From positions 30,001-62,000 of the forward strand of contig JAIPHU010000004.1 of the NCBI GenBank assembly GCA_021735045.1: 32,000 bases of DNA, read 5' to 3'. This document shows, piece by piece, positions 23,564 through 32,000 of the stretch. The stretch is from Candidatus Omnitrophota bacterium. Lineage in GTDB: Bacteria > Omnitrophota > Gorgyraeia > Duberdicusellales > 4484-171. The translations under genes were made by a program, and so were the position numbers. Position 1 is the stretch's first letter. Every line of letters starts with the position of its first letter. The notes beneath the pieces are model-generated. The model saw only the letters and a program-made list of their open reading frames with translations. It did no database searches and was not told the DNA's origin.

Positions 23564-24700
23564 ATGAAAAACTATTTTACTTCTGAGTCTGTAACTGAAG
23601 GTCATCCAGATAAAGTGTGTGATTTGATTTCAGACACTATTTTAGATGCTGTTTTATCTTGTGATGTAAACGGCCGCGTTGCTTGTGAAGCTTTAACTAG
23701 CCGTGGCTTGGTTATGGTAGCAGGAGAAATCTCTACAAACTGTTATATCGAAATACCCAGATTGGTGAGAAACTTATTAAAAGATATAGGTTATGATGAC
23801 CCTTCGATTGGATTCGACTATGAAAGTTGCGGGGTTATAACCGCTATCCAAGAACAATCTCCAGATATTGCTTTAGGGGTTGATACCGGCGGGGCTGGCG
23901 ACCAGGGGTTAATGTTTGGTTTTGCCTGTGACGAGACCAAAGAGCTAATGCCGCTTCCGATAATGCTAGCCCATAAACTGGCTCGGCGTTTAACTCAAGT
24001 AAGAAAAGAACGGATGTTAACTTATCTTTGGCCAGATGGTAAGTCACAAGTTTCAGTTGAATACGAAGGCCAAAAACCTAAAAGAGTTGATGCTGTAATT
24101 ATCGGCGCCCATCACGCAAAATCTGTTGATACAAAAAAGTTACAAAAAGATATCAAAAAGTTAGTTATTGATTATATCGTGCCCAAAGAGCTGATGGATG
24201 AAAATACAAAGATATTCATTAATGCAACGGGACGATTTGAAGTAGGAGGGCCTGTTTCAGACACTGGAGTGACAGGGCGAAAGATCATTGTAGATACCTA
24301 CGGTGGATACGGCCATCACGGTGGTGGAGCATTCTCTGGAAAAGACCCTTCAAAAGTAGACCGGTCGGCATCATATATGGGCCGATACATCGCTAAAAAT
24401 ATAGTTGCCGCAGGAATTGCTAGCCAATGTGAAGTTCAACTTTCATATTGTATCGGTGTTGCAGAACCAGTATCGGTTAGTATTAATACTTTTGGCAGCT
24501 CAAAATTCGATGAAGAAAAGATCGCCAAAGCAGTTAGAGACATCTTCCCACTTACCCCCAAAGAAATAAGCCAAGAGTTAAATCTTTTGCGTCCAATTTA
24601 TAGAAAAACAGCTGCCTATGGGCATTTTGGCCGTGAAGAAGAAGGTTTTCGTTGGGAAGACACAGACAAAGTTGATAAAATAAAAAGTATTTTAAAATAA
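23564..24700 (+). CDS. metK: S-adenosylmethionine synthetase
   Basis: [23 protein letters not shown] and GGGAFSGKD motifs. The ATG at 23564 is better spaced from AAGGAGGA than the track start at 23555. Confidence 0.92.
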   Translation: MKNYFTSESVTEGHPDKVCDLISDTILDAVLSCDVNGRVACEALTSRGLVMVAGEISTNCYIEIPRLVRNLLKDIGYDDPSIGFDYESCGVITAIQEQSPDIALGVDTGGAGDQGLMFGFACDETKELMPLPIMLAHKLARRLTQVRKERMLTYLWPDGKSQVSVEYEGQKPKRVDAVIIGAHHAKSVDTKKLQKDIKKLVIDYIVPKELMDENTKIFINATGRFEVGGPVSDTGVTGRKIIVDTYGGYGHHGGGAFSGKDPSKVDRSASYMGRYIAKNIVAAGIASQCEVQLSYCIGVAEPVSVSINTFGSSKFDEEKIAKAVRDIFPLTPKEISQELNLLRPIYRKTAAYGHFGREEEGFRWEDTDKVDKIKSILK

Positions 24701-24712
24701 AGGAGTTAAAAG

Positions 24713-25978
24713 ATGGTTAAATCTGATATTCGCAGTAAACATTTAAGAAAAGAAGGTAAAAAAAGAATTCAATGGGCTCTAAACCGAATGCCGGTTTTAG
24801 AGATTATTAGAAACAGGTTCAAAAAACAAAAACCCCTTAAAAATTTAAATATTGGAGCTTGCCTGCACATCACCACTGAAACTGCTGCTTTAGCTATAAC
24901 CTTAAAAGCAGCTGGAGCAAATGCTTCATTTTGTGCTTCAAATCCTTTATCTACCCAAGATGATGTTGCAGCATCTTTAGTCTATGACTATGGAATTGAA
25001 GTTTTTGCCATCAATAACGAAAAACGGAATGTTTACTATAATCACATAAACTCTGTTTTAGCAAAAAAACCAAAAATTACTTTAGATGATGGGGCTGATT
25101 TAATTTCAACTATTCACAAAAAAAACAAACAGTCTAACTACAAAGATCTCCCCTGGGCCAGCACAGAAGAAACAACCACCGGAGTTATCCGTCTAAAGGC
25201 TTTAGAAAAAGAAGGAAATTTGCTTTATCCGATTGTTGCCGTAAATGATGCCTTTACTAAACACCTTTTTGACAACCGCTACGGAACCGGACAATCTACC
25301 TTAGACGGAATACTGCGGGCAACCAATAAACTCATAGCCGGTGAAACTTTTGTGGTCGGTGGTTACGGCTGGTGCGGCAGGGGTGTAGCCCAAAAAGCAA
25401 GAGGTATGGGAGCTAAGGTAATAGTTTGTGAGGTTGACCCGCTAAAAGGACTTGAGGCCACTATGGACGGCTTTTTAGTTATGCCTATGGAAAAAGCTGC
25501 AAAATTAGGCAATATTTTTGTTACTACAACCGGTGATATAGACGTAATTGCGAAAAAACATTTTAATAAACTAAAAGATAAAGCCATACTCTCTAATGCT
25601 GGCCACTTTGATGTCGAAATCGATACAAAATCTTTAAAGAAAATAGCAAAATCAAGCAAAAAAGTAAAGCCATTAGTTACAGAGTATACCTTAAAAAACA
25701 ACAAAAGGATCTATCTTTTAGCTGAAGGACGATTAGTAAACTTAGCTTGCGCAGAAGGCCATCCGGCTGAAGTTATGGATTTAAGTTTTGCCAATCAAGC
25801 TTTATCATGCGAACATATTGCTAGAAATCATAATAAGCTAGAAAATAAAGTCTATAAAGTTCCTGACCGAATAGATGAAAAAGTTGCTAAGTTAAAGTTA
25901 AAGTCTATGGGGGTAAAGATTGATACACTTACTCCAAAACAAAAAAAATATTTAGCTAGCTGGCAACAAGGCACTTAA
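24713..25978 (+). CDS. ahcY: Adenosylhomocysteinase
   Basis: 421 aa. TTTGV, DNRYGTGQS and the NAD-binding GYGWCGRG motif are present. Adjacent to metK (methyl cycle). Confidence 0.9.
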   Translation: MVKSDIRSKHLRKEGKKRIQWALNRMPVLEIIRNRFKKQKPLKNLNIGACLHITTETAALAITLKAAGANASFCASNPLSTQDDVAASLVYDYGIEVFAINNEKRNVYYNHINSVLAKKPKITLDDGADLISTIHKKNKQSNYKDLPWASTEETTTGVIRLKALEKEGNLLYPIVAVNDAFTKHLFDNRYGTGQSTLDGILRATNKLIAGETFVVGGYGWCGRGVAQKARGMGAKVIVCEVDPLKGLEATMDGFLVMPMEKAAKLGNIFVTTTGDIDVIAKKHFNKLKDKAILSNAGHFDVEIDTKSLKKIAKSSKKVKPLVTEYTLKNNKRIYLLAEGRLVNLACAEGHPAEVMDLSFANQALSCEHIARNHNKLENKVYKVPDRIDEKVAKLKLKSMGVKIDTLTPKQKKYLASWQQGT

Positions 25979-25980
25979 AA

Positions 25981-26946
25981 ATGAAGAAAAAGATTAAAAG
26001 AATTGGGATTCTTACCCGCGACTGTGCCGGGATTAATGCAGCTATCCGAGCAGTAGTAAGAACCGCTTACTCATCAGGAATTAAAACTACTGGGATAATC
26101 AGAGGATATGAAGGCTTAATCGAAGATAATACTATTGAGCTAACCCCTCGTTCTGTCTCCGGGATCATAAACTACGGAGGAACAGTTTTAAAAACTGCAC
26201 GCGCTAAACGATTTCGGTCGGTAGAAGGCCAAAAACAGGCAATTAAGACAATAAAATCAAACAATATTGATGCTTTAGTAGCTATCGGAGGAAATGGTTC
26301 GTTAACCGGAGCTTCAATTCTTTCCTCTAAATATTCGATACCGGTAGTCGGTGTTCCGGCAACTATCGACAATGATATCAATGGAGTTGCAATGTCAATT
26401 GGCTCAGATACCTCGGTGAATGTAGCCTTAGATGCCTTAGATAAAATACGTGACACCGCGACTTCTTTGGAAAGAATATTTTTAGTAGAAGTAATGGGCC
26501 GTGATTGTGGTTACATTGCACTTAGAGTAGGACTGGCTGGTGGCTGTGAAGATGTAATCTTGCCTGAGAAAAATTTTAAGATTAAAGAAATATCACAAGA
26601 GATAGTTGAAGGCAGTATTAGAGGAAAAATGAGCTGGATAATCGTAGTAGCTGAAGGAAAAGCTAAAGCTGCTGATCTTGGCAAAAAAATTACTAAGATT
26701 ACTGGACTAGAAACCCGTGAGGTTGTCTTAGGCCATATCCAACGCGGCGGAAGGCCTACTGCTTACGATCGAATGTTAGCTGCCCGTTATGGCTACTATG
26801 CCCTAGAGCTAATAAAAAAAGGACAAACCGGCCGCTGTGTAACTTTGCGAAACGATAAACTATCTGCTATACCCTTATCAAAAGCAATTAAGAAAAAAGA
26901 TATGGAAGTAAAAGATTACTATAAATTGATAAAACTATTAACTTAA
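25981..26946 (+). CDS. pfkA: ATP-dependent 6-phosphofructokinase
   Basis: 321 aa. IGILTRDCAGINAAIRAV, IGGNGSL, PATIDNDI, MGRDCG and GHIQRGG motifs are present. Confidence 0.9.
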   Translation: MKKKIKRIGILTRDCAGINAAIRAVVRTAYSSGIKTTGIIRGYEGLIEDNTIELTPRSVSGIINYGGTVLKTARAKRFRSVEGQKQAIKTIKSNNIDALVAIGGNGSLTGASILSSKYSIPVVGVPATIDNDINGVAMSIGSDTSVNVALDALDKIRDTATSLERIFLVEVMGRDCGYIALRVGLAGGCEDVILPEKNFKIKEISQEIVEGSIRGKMSWIIVVAEGKAKAADLGKKITKITGLETREVVLGHIQRGGRPTAYDRMLAARYGYYALELIKKGQTGRCVTLRNDKLSAIPLSKAIKKKDMEVKDYYKLIKLLT

Positions 26947-26953
26947 AGATAAG

Positions 26954-28291
26954 ATGATTTATAAAAGCAAAAAACAGATCTTAGATAGCAAAAAAATAGA
27001 AGCCAAAGGTAAAACTTTTGAGGTAAAAGATATTGCTTATTTTAAAAACAATATCTTACCTAACTTAGTTGATACAATTATCTTAAGTGAATCAAAGAAT
27101 CTTAAAAATTTTTGTTATCAACTCGCTTATAGCTGCGGGCTATCTTTGGGGATATATCCAGCTTCTATTCAAGCCTTATATCGGGCTTGCGGAAAAAAAG
27201 AAACAGGTGGCTTTTGTGTACCAGCTATAAATTTGCGAACTTTGACTTTTGAACTAGCTCAAACTATATTTGAAATTGCAAAAAAAATAAATTCTAATCT
27301 CTTTATCTTTGAAATAGCCGAATCAGAGATTGGTTATACTTGGCAGTCACCGCAAGAATATTCTGCCTTGGTTACCCTGGCTGCGATTAAACAAGATTAT
27401 TCTGGGCCGCTTTTTTTCCAAGGCGACCACTTTCAAGTTGAAGTATCAAAATACAAAAAAGACCCTAAACAACATATAAAAAATCTAAAAAAGCTTATCA
27501 AGCAGTCTATTGACGCTGGTTTTTATAATATTGATATTGACTCATCAACTTTAGTTGATCTGTCAAAAAAAGAATTAGACGCCCAGCAAAAATTAAATTA
27601 TAAACTTTGTGCATATTTTACAAAATATTTACGCAAAATTCAGCCTAAAGGAGTAGAAATCTCGATTGGCGGAGAGATCGGCGAGGTAGGAGGTGTTAAC
27701 TCTGAGCCTAAAGACCTTAATGCATTTATGCAGGGCTATTTAAAAGAAATTGCTAAACTAGAAGGGATATCTAAGATCAGTGTACAAACGGGGACAAAAC
27801 ACGGAGGAGTTGTTCTTCCGGACGGCTCTATTGCCAAGGCAAAGATAGATTTAAATACATTGGATAAACTTTCAAAACTTGCCAAAGACAACTATCAACT
27901 AGCCGGTGCTGTCCAGCATGGAGCTTCAACTCTACCCAACGAAGCTTTTCATCACTTTCCTAAACGTGGCTGCATAGAGGTCCACCTTGCAACCCAGTTT
28001 CAAAACATCATCTATGATTATATGCCCCTGCCTTTAAAAGAAAAAATATATTCTTGGCTAGATAAAAACTGCTATCAAGAAAGAAAAAAAGAGTGGACCG
28101 ATGATCAATTTATCTACAGGTTAAGAAAAAAAGCTTTAGGTCCATTTAAAAAAGAGATCTATCAGCTGCCTACAGAACTTAAAGACAAAATCAAGGCTAT
28201 TTTAAGCCAAGAATTTTCTTTTTTATTCGATAAGTTAAATTTAAAAAATAAAAAAAATATTGTTGATAAATATATCAGGAGGTTAACATGA
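26954..28291 (+). CDS. Class II aldolase-family protein (long form; probable fructose-bisphosphate aldolase)
   Basis: 445 aa. QGDH, TKHGG and QHGAS resemble the metal-binding His motifs of class II ketose-bisphosphate aldolases. Lies directly downstream of pfkA. The assignment is a motif-level inference. Confidence 0.55.
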   Translation: MIYKSKKQILDSKKIEAKGKTFEVKDIAYFKNNILPNLVDTIILSESKNLKNFCYQLAYSCGLSLGIYPASIQALYRACGKKETGGFCVPAINLRTLTFELAQTIFEIAKKINSNLFIFEIAESEIGYTWQSPQEYSALVTLAAIKQDYSGPLFFQGDHFQVEVSKYKKDPKQHIKNLKKLIKQSIDAGFYNIDIDSSTLVDLSKKELDAQQKLNYKLCAYFTKYLRKIQPKGVEISIGGEIGEVGGVNSEPKDLNAFMQGYLKEIAKLEGISKISVQTGTKHGGVVLPDGSIAKAKIDLNTLDKLSKLAKDNYQLAGAVQHGASTLPNEAFHHFPKRGCIEVHLATQFQNIIYDYMPLPLKEKIYSWLDKNCYQERKKEWTDDQFIYRLRKKALGPFKKEIYQLPTELKDKIKAILSQEFSFLFDKLNLKNKKNIVDKYIRRLT

Positions 28292-29949
28292 ACTCGGATA
28301 AAGCAAAAAAAGGCCTAGAAAGAATGCCCAATCGCTCTCTTCTTTATGGAACTGGTATCCACTCTGATCATATGAGACGCCCCTTTATCGGCATAGCTTC
28401 AAGTTTTACCGACATAATCCCCGGCCATATTAATATGAGAACTTTAGAAAGATATATCGAACGAGGCGTAGAAAATGGAAATGGTACACCATTTATCTTT
28501 GGAGTCCCTGGTATCTGTGATGGAATTGCCATGGGGCATCACGGCATGAAATATTCATTGCCTTCTCGCGAACTTATCGCTGATACAATTGAAACGGTTG
28601 CTAGCGCTCATAGCTTAGATGGTTTAATACTTTTAACTAACTGCGACAAAATTACCCCCGGAATGATTATGGGTGCATTACGCATAAATATTCCTACAAT
28701 AGTAGTTACTGCCGGGCCGATGCTTGCCGGACATTCTGGTAAAAAAAGGTTATCTTTGGTCCGAGATACTTTTGAAGCAGTAGGTAAATTCAAAGCAGGC
28801 CAGCTCAAAGAAGAAGAAAGAAAAAAACTAGAAATATCTGCTTGTCCTTCTTGTGGGTCTTGCCAAGGGCTTTACACTGCAAATACTATGGCCTGTCTTA
28901 CCGAAACCATGGGGCTTTCTTTGCCATATTGCGGAACGGCTCCAGCTGTTTTAAACGAAAAGATAAGAATAGCCTATGAAAGTGGCCAGAGGATAATGAA
29001 ACTAGTTAAACAAAAAATAACTGCAAAAAAAATTGTTACTAAACGTTCCTTAGAAAATGCAATTCGCCTGGATATGGCTTTAGGTGGTTCAACCAACACT
29101 GTCTTACACCTTATGGCTATTGCAGCTGAAGCCGGAGTTAACTTAACTTTAACTGATTTTGATAAAATTAGTCAAAAAACACCGCATATCTCTAATCTTC
29201 GTCCTGGTGGAGAAAGTTTTATCGAAGACTTACATTTTGCCGGAGGAATTCCCGCTGTTTTAAAAAGGTTAGCCACAAAGATAAACAGCACTAGAACTGT
29301 ATCGGGAAAAACTACTTTAAAGATAGCAGAAGAAGCTACTATCTTTGACCACGATATAATCCGGCCGTTAAATAAACCCTATCATAAAAAAGGTGGAATA
29401 GCTATCTTAAAGGGAAATTTGGCACCTCAAGGAGCTGTAGTAAAACAATCAGCTGTCGATGCAGATATGCTCACCTTTACCGGATGCGCAAAGATATTTA
29501 ACTCCGAAGAAGAGGCAATGAAAGCAATTACTGGCAAAAAAATAAAAAAAGGCGATGTAGTTGTTATTAGGTATGAAGGCCCAAGCGGAGGCCCAGGAAT
29601 GCGAGAAATGCTTTCGCCTACCTCAAGTATTGTGGGCATGGGGCTTCATAAACATGTTGCTTTAATTACTGACGGCCGTTTTTCCGGTGGCACCCGCGGC
29701 CCTTGTATTGGACATATATCACCAGAGGCAGCATCAGGAGGTTTAATTGGTTATTTAATCAATGGCGATAAAATTACAATTGATATTCCTAAACGTAAAA
29801 TAAATGTTGATTTAACAACTAAACAAATCAAAGAACGAAAAAAGAAAATAAAATTATTAGCTTCAAAAGTTAAAACAGGCTATCTCTATCGCTATTCTAG
29901 ATCAACAAGTTCAGCTTCGACTGGAGCAGTTTATAAGGATAATCAATAA
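28288..29949 (+). CDS. ilvD: Dihydroxy-acid dehydratase
   Basis: 553 aa. [35 protein letters not shown] and TDGRFSGGT motifs are present. Confidence 0.92.
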   Translation: MNSDKAKKGLERMPNRSLLYGTGIHSDHMRRPFIGIASSFTDIIPGHINMRTLERYIERGVENGNGTPFIFGVPGICDGIAMGHHGMKYSLPSRELIADTIETVASAHSLDGLILLTNCDKITPGMIMGALRINIPTIVVTAGPMLAGHSGKKRLSLVRDTFEAVGKFKAGQLKEEERKKLEISACPSCGSCQGLYTANTMACLTETMGLSLPYCGTAPAVLNEKIRIAYESGQRIMKLVKQKITAKKIVTKRSLENAIRLDMALGGSTNTVLHLMAIAAEAGVNLTLTDFDKISQKTPHISNLRPGGESFIEDLHFAGGIPAVLKRLATKINSTRTVSGKTTLKIAEEATIFDHDIIRPLNKPYHKKGGIAILKGNLAPQGAVVKQSAVDADMLTFTGCAKIFNSEEEAMKAITGKKIKKGDVVVIRYEGPSGGPGMREMLSPTSSIVGMGLHKHVALITDGRFSGGTRGPCIGHISPEAASGGLIGYLINGDKITIDIPKRKINVDLTTKQIKERKKKIKLLASKVKTGYLYRYSRSTSSASTGAVYKDNQ

Positions 29950-29974
29950 AGATACGATTTATTCTAAAAGTTAG

Positions 29975-30003
29975 TTGACAAGCTGATTAGGCTCTGCTAT
30001 TAT
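29975..30003 (+). promoter_or_regulatory. Putative promoter of the mreBCD operon
   Basis: TTGACA (29975-29980), 17-nt spacer, TATTAT (29998-30003). Confidence 0.45.
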
Positions 30004-30032
30004 TTGCTATATAGTTTAAACCAATAAATAAA

Positions 30033-31091
30033 ATGCAATTTATTTCAAATAGTTTAAAAAAATTAAGTTACTTATTTGATTCTTTTTCTTCCGATATTGG
30101 GATTGATCTAGGTACTGCTACCACCTTAGTCTATCTACGCGGCGAAGGAATTGTTCTTTGTGAGCCATCGGTAGTAGCTATCTATAAAAATACTGGCACT
30201 CCTATGGCTGTTGGCGAAGAAGCTAAACAAATGCTTGGCAGGACTCCCGGCAGTATTATTGCAATCCGACCTTTAAAAGACGGAGTTATTGCTGATTTTG
30301 ATATTACCGAAGAGATGCTTCGCTATTTTATAAAAAAAGCTCACCCAAGAAAAATATCTATTGGCCCAAGAATTGTAGTTGCTGTTCCTTCTGGAATTAC
30401 CGAAGTAGAAAAAAGGGCTGTTAAAGATTCTGCAAACCGCGCCGGAGCCAGAGAAGTAATACCGGTTGAAGAACCAATTGTTGCTGCAATTGGGGTAGGC
30501 TTGCCTATCGCAGAACCTCAAGGAAATATGATAATTGATATTGGCGGAGGAACAACTGAAATTGCAGTTATCTCTTTGGGAGGAATTGTTCATTCTCGTT
30601 CAATACGAACCGGCGGAGATGAAATGGATTCATCGATCATTGATTATATGAAGAAAAATTATAATCTAATGGTTGGTGAAAGAACTGCTGAAGAAATAAA
30701 GATTAAACTCGGTTCTGCTTGGCCACTTAAAAATGAAACAGAGCTTGAAGTAAGAGGAAGAGATTTAATTACCGGCCTTCCTAAATTCATAAAGACTAGC
30801 TCTCAAGAAATTAGAGAGGCCTTACAAAATCCATTAAAAGAAATAATTGAGACCACAAAAGTTACCTTAGAAAGAACCCCGCCAGAGCTAGCAGCAGATT
30901 TAATTGAACGGGGCATAGTTTTATGTGGCGGAGGTGCACTGCTGAGAGGAATTGACAAGTTAATTTCTGAAGAAACTGGACTTGCTTGTTTTGTAGCTGA
31001 TGACCCTTTAACTGCAGTAGCACTGGGAACAGGAAAAATATTAGAGTCACCAAAATTCTTAAAGAAGCTTTCCCTTGTATCTACCTTCTAA
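30033..31091 (+). CDS. mreB: Rod shape-determining protein MreB
   Basis: 352 aa. [25 protein letters not shown] and [10 protein letters not shown] actin-fold motifs are present. Confidence 0.92.
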   Translation: MQFISNSLKKLSYLFDSFSSDIGIDLGTATTLVYLRGEGIVLCEPSVVAIYKNTGTPMAVGEEAKQMLGRTPGSIIAIRPLKDGVIADFDITEEMLRYFIKKAHPRKISIGPRIVVAVPSGITEVEKRAVKDSANRAGAREVIPVEEPIVAAIGVGLPIAEPQGNMIIDIGGGTTEIAVISLGGIVHSRSIRTGGDEMDSSIIDYMKKNYNLMVGERTAEEIKIKLGSAWPLKNETELEVRGRDLITGLPKFIKTSSQEIREALQNPLKEIIETTKVTLERTPPELAADLIERGIVLCGGGALLRGIDKLISEETGLACFVADDPLTAVALGTGKILESPKFLKKLSLVSTF

Positions 31092-31800
31092 AAAAATTAA
31101 ATATGGTGTTTTCGTTGTTGTAGTAGCCATCCTGGCCTTCAACGTATTTCGGAAACCTTCCCAGATCCTTATGCTTTCTTTATCCGAAAGTTTTTCTTCT
31201 CTTTCGAAATCATCTTACCAAAACAAGCTAGATCAACTACGTAAGAAAAACTTAAAATATCAACTTAAGCTGAAACAATTTAAGAACTTATCTGAAGAAA
31301 ACAAGCTGTTACGGGAAGCACTTAATTTTAAAAATAAAGATGACCTTGGCTTAATTGGTGCAGAAATTATAGCTTTTGCGCCTTCAAGTTGGCATAAGTA
31401 TATTTTTTTAAATCTAGGTAAAAATAAAAAGGTAAAAAAAAATATGCTTGTAGTAGATAAAGATGGCAATTTAATTGGAAAAATAGAAGAAGTTTATCCA
31501 CAACGCTGTAAAGTTATTTTGATTAAAAATCCAGACTTTCAAACTCCAGTTTCAATTAACAATCGAGTCCTTGGCTTACTCCAGGGAACTCTTTCGGGAG
31601 TAGAGGTTCTTTATATAGAAAAATCAAACCAAATAAATATTTCTGAACCAATTTATGCTGCTTTTTCTCCTTTTAATTCTGTAGTAAAAGTAGGGGAAAT
31701 TTCTAAAATTAAAACAAATAAAAGTGATCTTTTTTACGAGGTTCAAGTTGATACTTCTGCAAAAGACAAGTTACCTCAAGTTGTTTTTATCTTAAAATGA
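31075..31800 (+). CDS. mreC: Rod shape-determining protein MreC
   Basis: 241 aa. The layout is TM anchor, then coiled coil with [12 protein letters not shown], then a beta-rich domain. Position after mreB supports the call. The TTG start overlapping mreB is uncertain. Confidence 0.75.
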   Translation: MYLPSKKIKYGVFVVVVAILAFNVFRKPSQILMLSLSESFSSLSKSSYQNKLDQLRKKNLKYQLKLKQFKNLSEENKLLREALNFKNKDDLGLIGAEIIAFAPSSWHKYIFLNLGKNKKVKKNMLVVDKDGNLIGKIEEVYPQRCKVILIKNPDFQTPVSINNRVLGLLQGTLSGVEVLYIEKSNQINISEPIYAAFSPFNSVVKVGEISKIKTNKSDLFYEVQVDTSAKDKLPQVVFILK

Positions 31801-32000
31801 GTAAAAAAAATTTAAAAATTATAGGTATTATCTTATTAGCTCTTTTAATAGATATTCTTAGGCCCTTTGATTATTTTTTTTTAGTCAACCTTACCTTTTT
31901 GACTATAATTATTTTATCTTTTCACAATAATTTGTTTTTTAGCCTCTTTACTTCTCTATTTGCCGGTTTTGCCCAAGATACTTTAGTTTTTTCATCAAAT
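31797..32000 (+). CDS. mreD: Rod shape-determining protein MreD (N-terminal part; continues beyond the window)
   Basis: The ATG at 31797 overlaps the mreC stop (ATGA). The translation is very hydrophobic (IIGIILLALLIDILRP...). Position after mreC supports the call. The ORF is absent from the track because it is truncated. Confidence 0.6.
   Translation, partial: MSKKNLKIIGIILLALLIDILRPFDYFFLVNLTFLTIIILSFHNNLFFSLFTSLFAGFAQDTLVFSSN

Noticed and set aside
475-31469. Remaining short antisense or out-of-frame track ORFs inside long conserved genes. Examples: 475-690(-), 768-980(-), 1805-2474(-), 3243-3476(-), 5922-6137(-), 6370-6847(-), 7044-7265(-), 12309-12958(-), 14118-14327(-), 14846-15117(-), 15606-15836(-), 17540-17806(-), 20151-20333(-), 21016-21252(-), 21966-22160(-), 22455-23145(-), 23844-24047(-), 25363-25704(-), 26172-26456(-), 28608-28808(-), 29427-29639(-), 30273-30593(-), 30862-31053(-), 31260-31469(-)
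   Set aside because: Each overlaps a better-supported gene with clear family motifs on the opposite strand. Their translations are low-complexity or hydrophobic, as expected for shadow ORFs in AT-rich DNA.
1-32000. CRISPR arrays, rRNA genes, prophage structural genes or an integrase
   Set aside because: Scanning by eye found no regularly spaced direct repeats, no rRNA-like conserved stretches and no integrase or recombinase ORF. The only repeats seen are those reported above.

Overview
AT-rich bacterial chromosomal window, probably from an anaerobic, uncultivated-type lineage; I cannot assign the taxon from sequence alone. Most of it is housekeeping. It holds a four-subunit 2-oxoacid:ferredoxin oxidoreductase operon plus a ferredoxin (502-3561), a PpiD-like chaperone, tmRNA (5102-5460), an ABC-F ATPase and metF. 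Further on come a K+ channel, a stand-alone LigD phosphoesterase domain, trxA and a tRNA-Met(CAU) locus. The window ends with a long co-directional block: COG1579 Zn-ribbon, rnhA, yebC, ruvC, ruvA, scpB, metK, ahcY, pfkA, an aldolase-like gene, ilvD and mreBCD. Two regions stand out. (1) An accessory island of about 6 kb lies directly 3' of ssrA (about 5461-11560). It contains a RAYT/IS200-like HUH transposase bracketed by perfect inverted repeats, several orphan genes, and a three-gene module. The module is an HEPN/AbiU2-like gene, a DUF3800 gene and a permuted-papain C92 peptidase gene. A perfect 34-bp hairpin direct repeat brackets it, and it contains an 88-nt structured hairpin. I rank this module as the best candidate for an undescribed defence or mobile cassette. 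(2) At the tRNA-Met locus, a small GIY-YIG nuclease gene sits between a promoter-proximal partial copy of the tRNA 5' portion and the intact tRNA. The partial copy is cleanly split by a 77-bp element with terminal inverted repeats, and the GIY-YIG gene reads 10 nt into the intact tRNA. No CRISPR array and no rRNA gene were seen. Family calls rest on motifs I recognise in the translations; no database search was possible.
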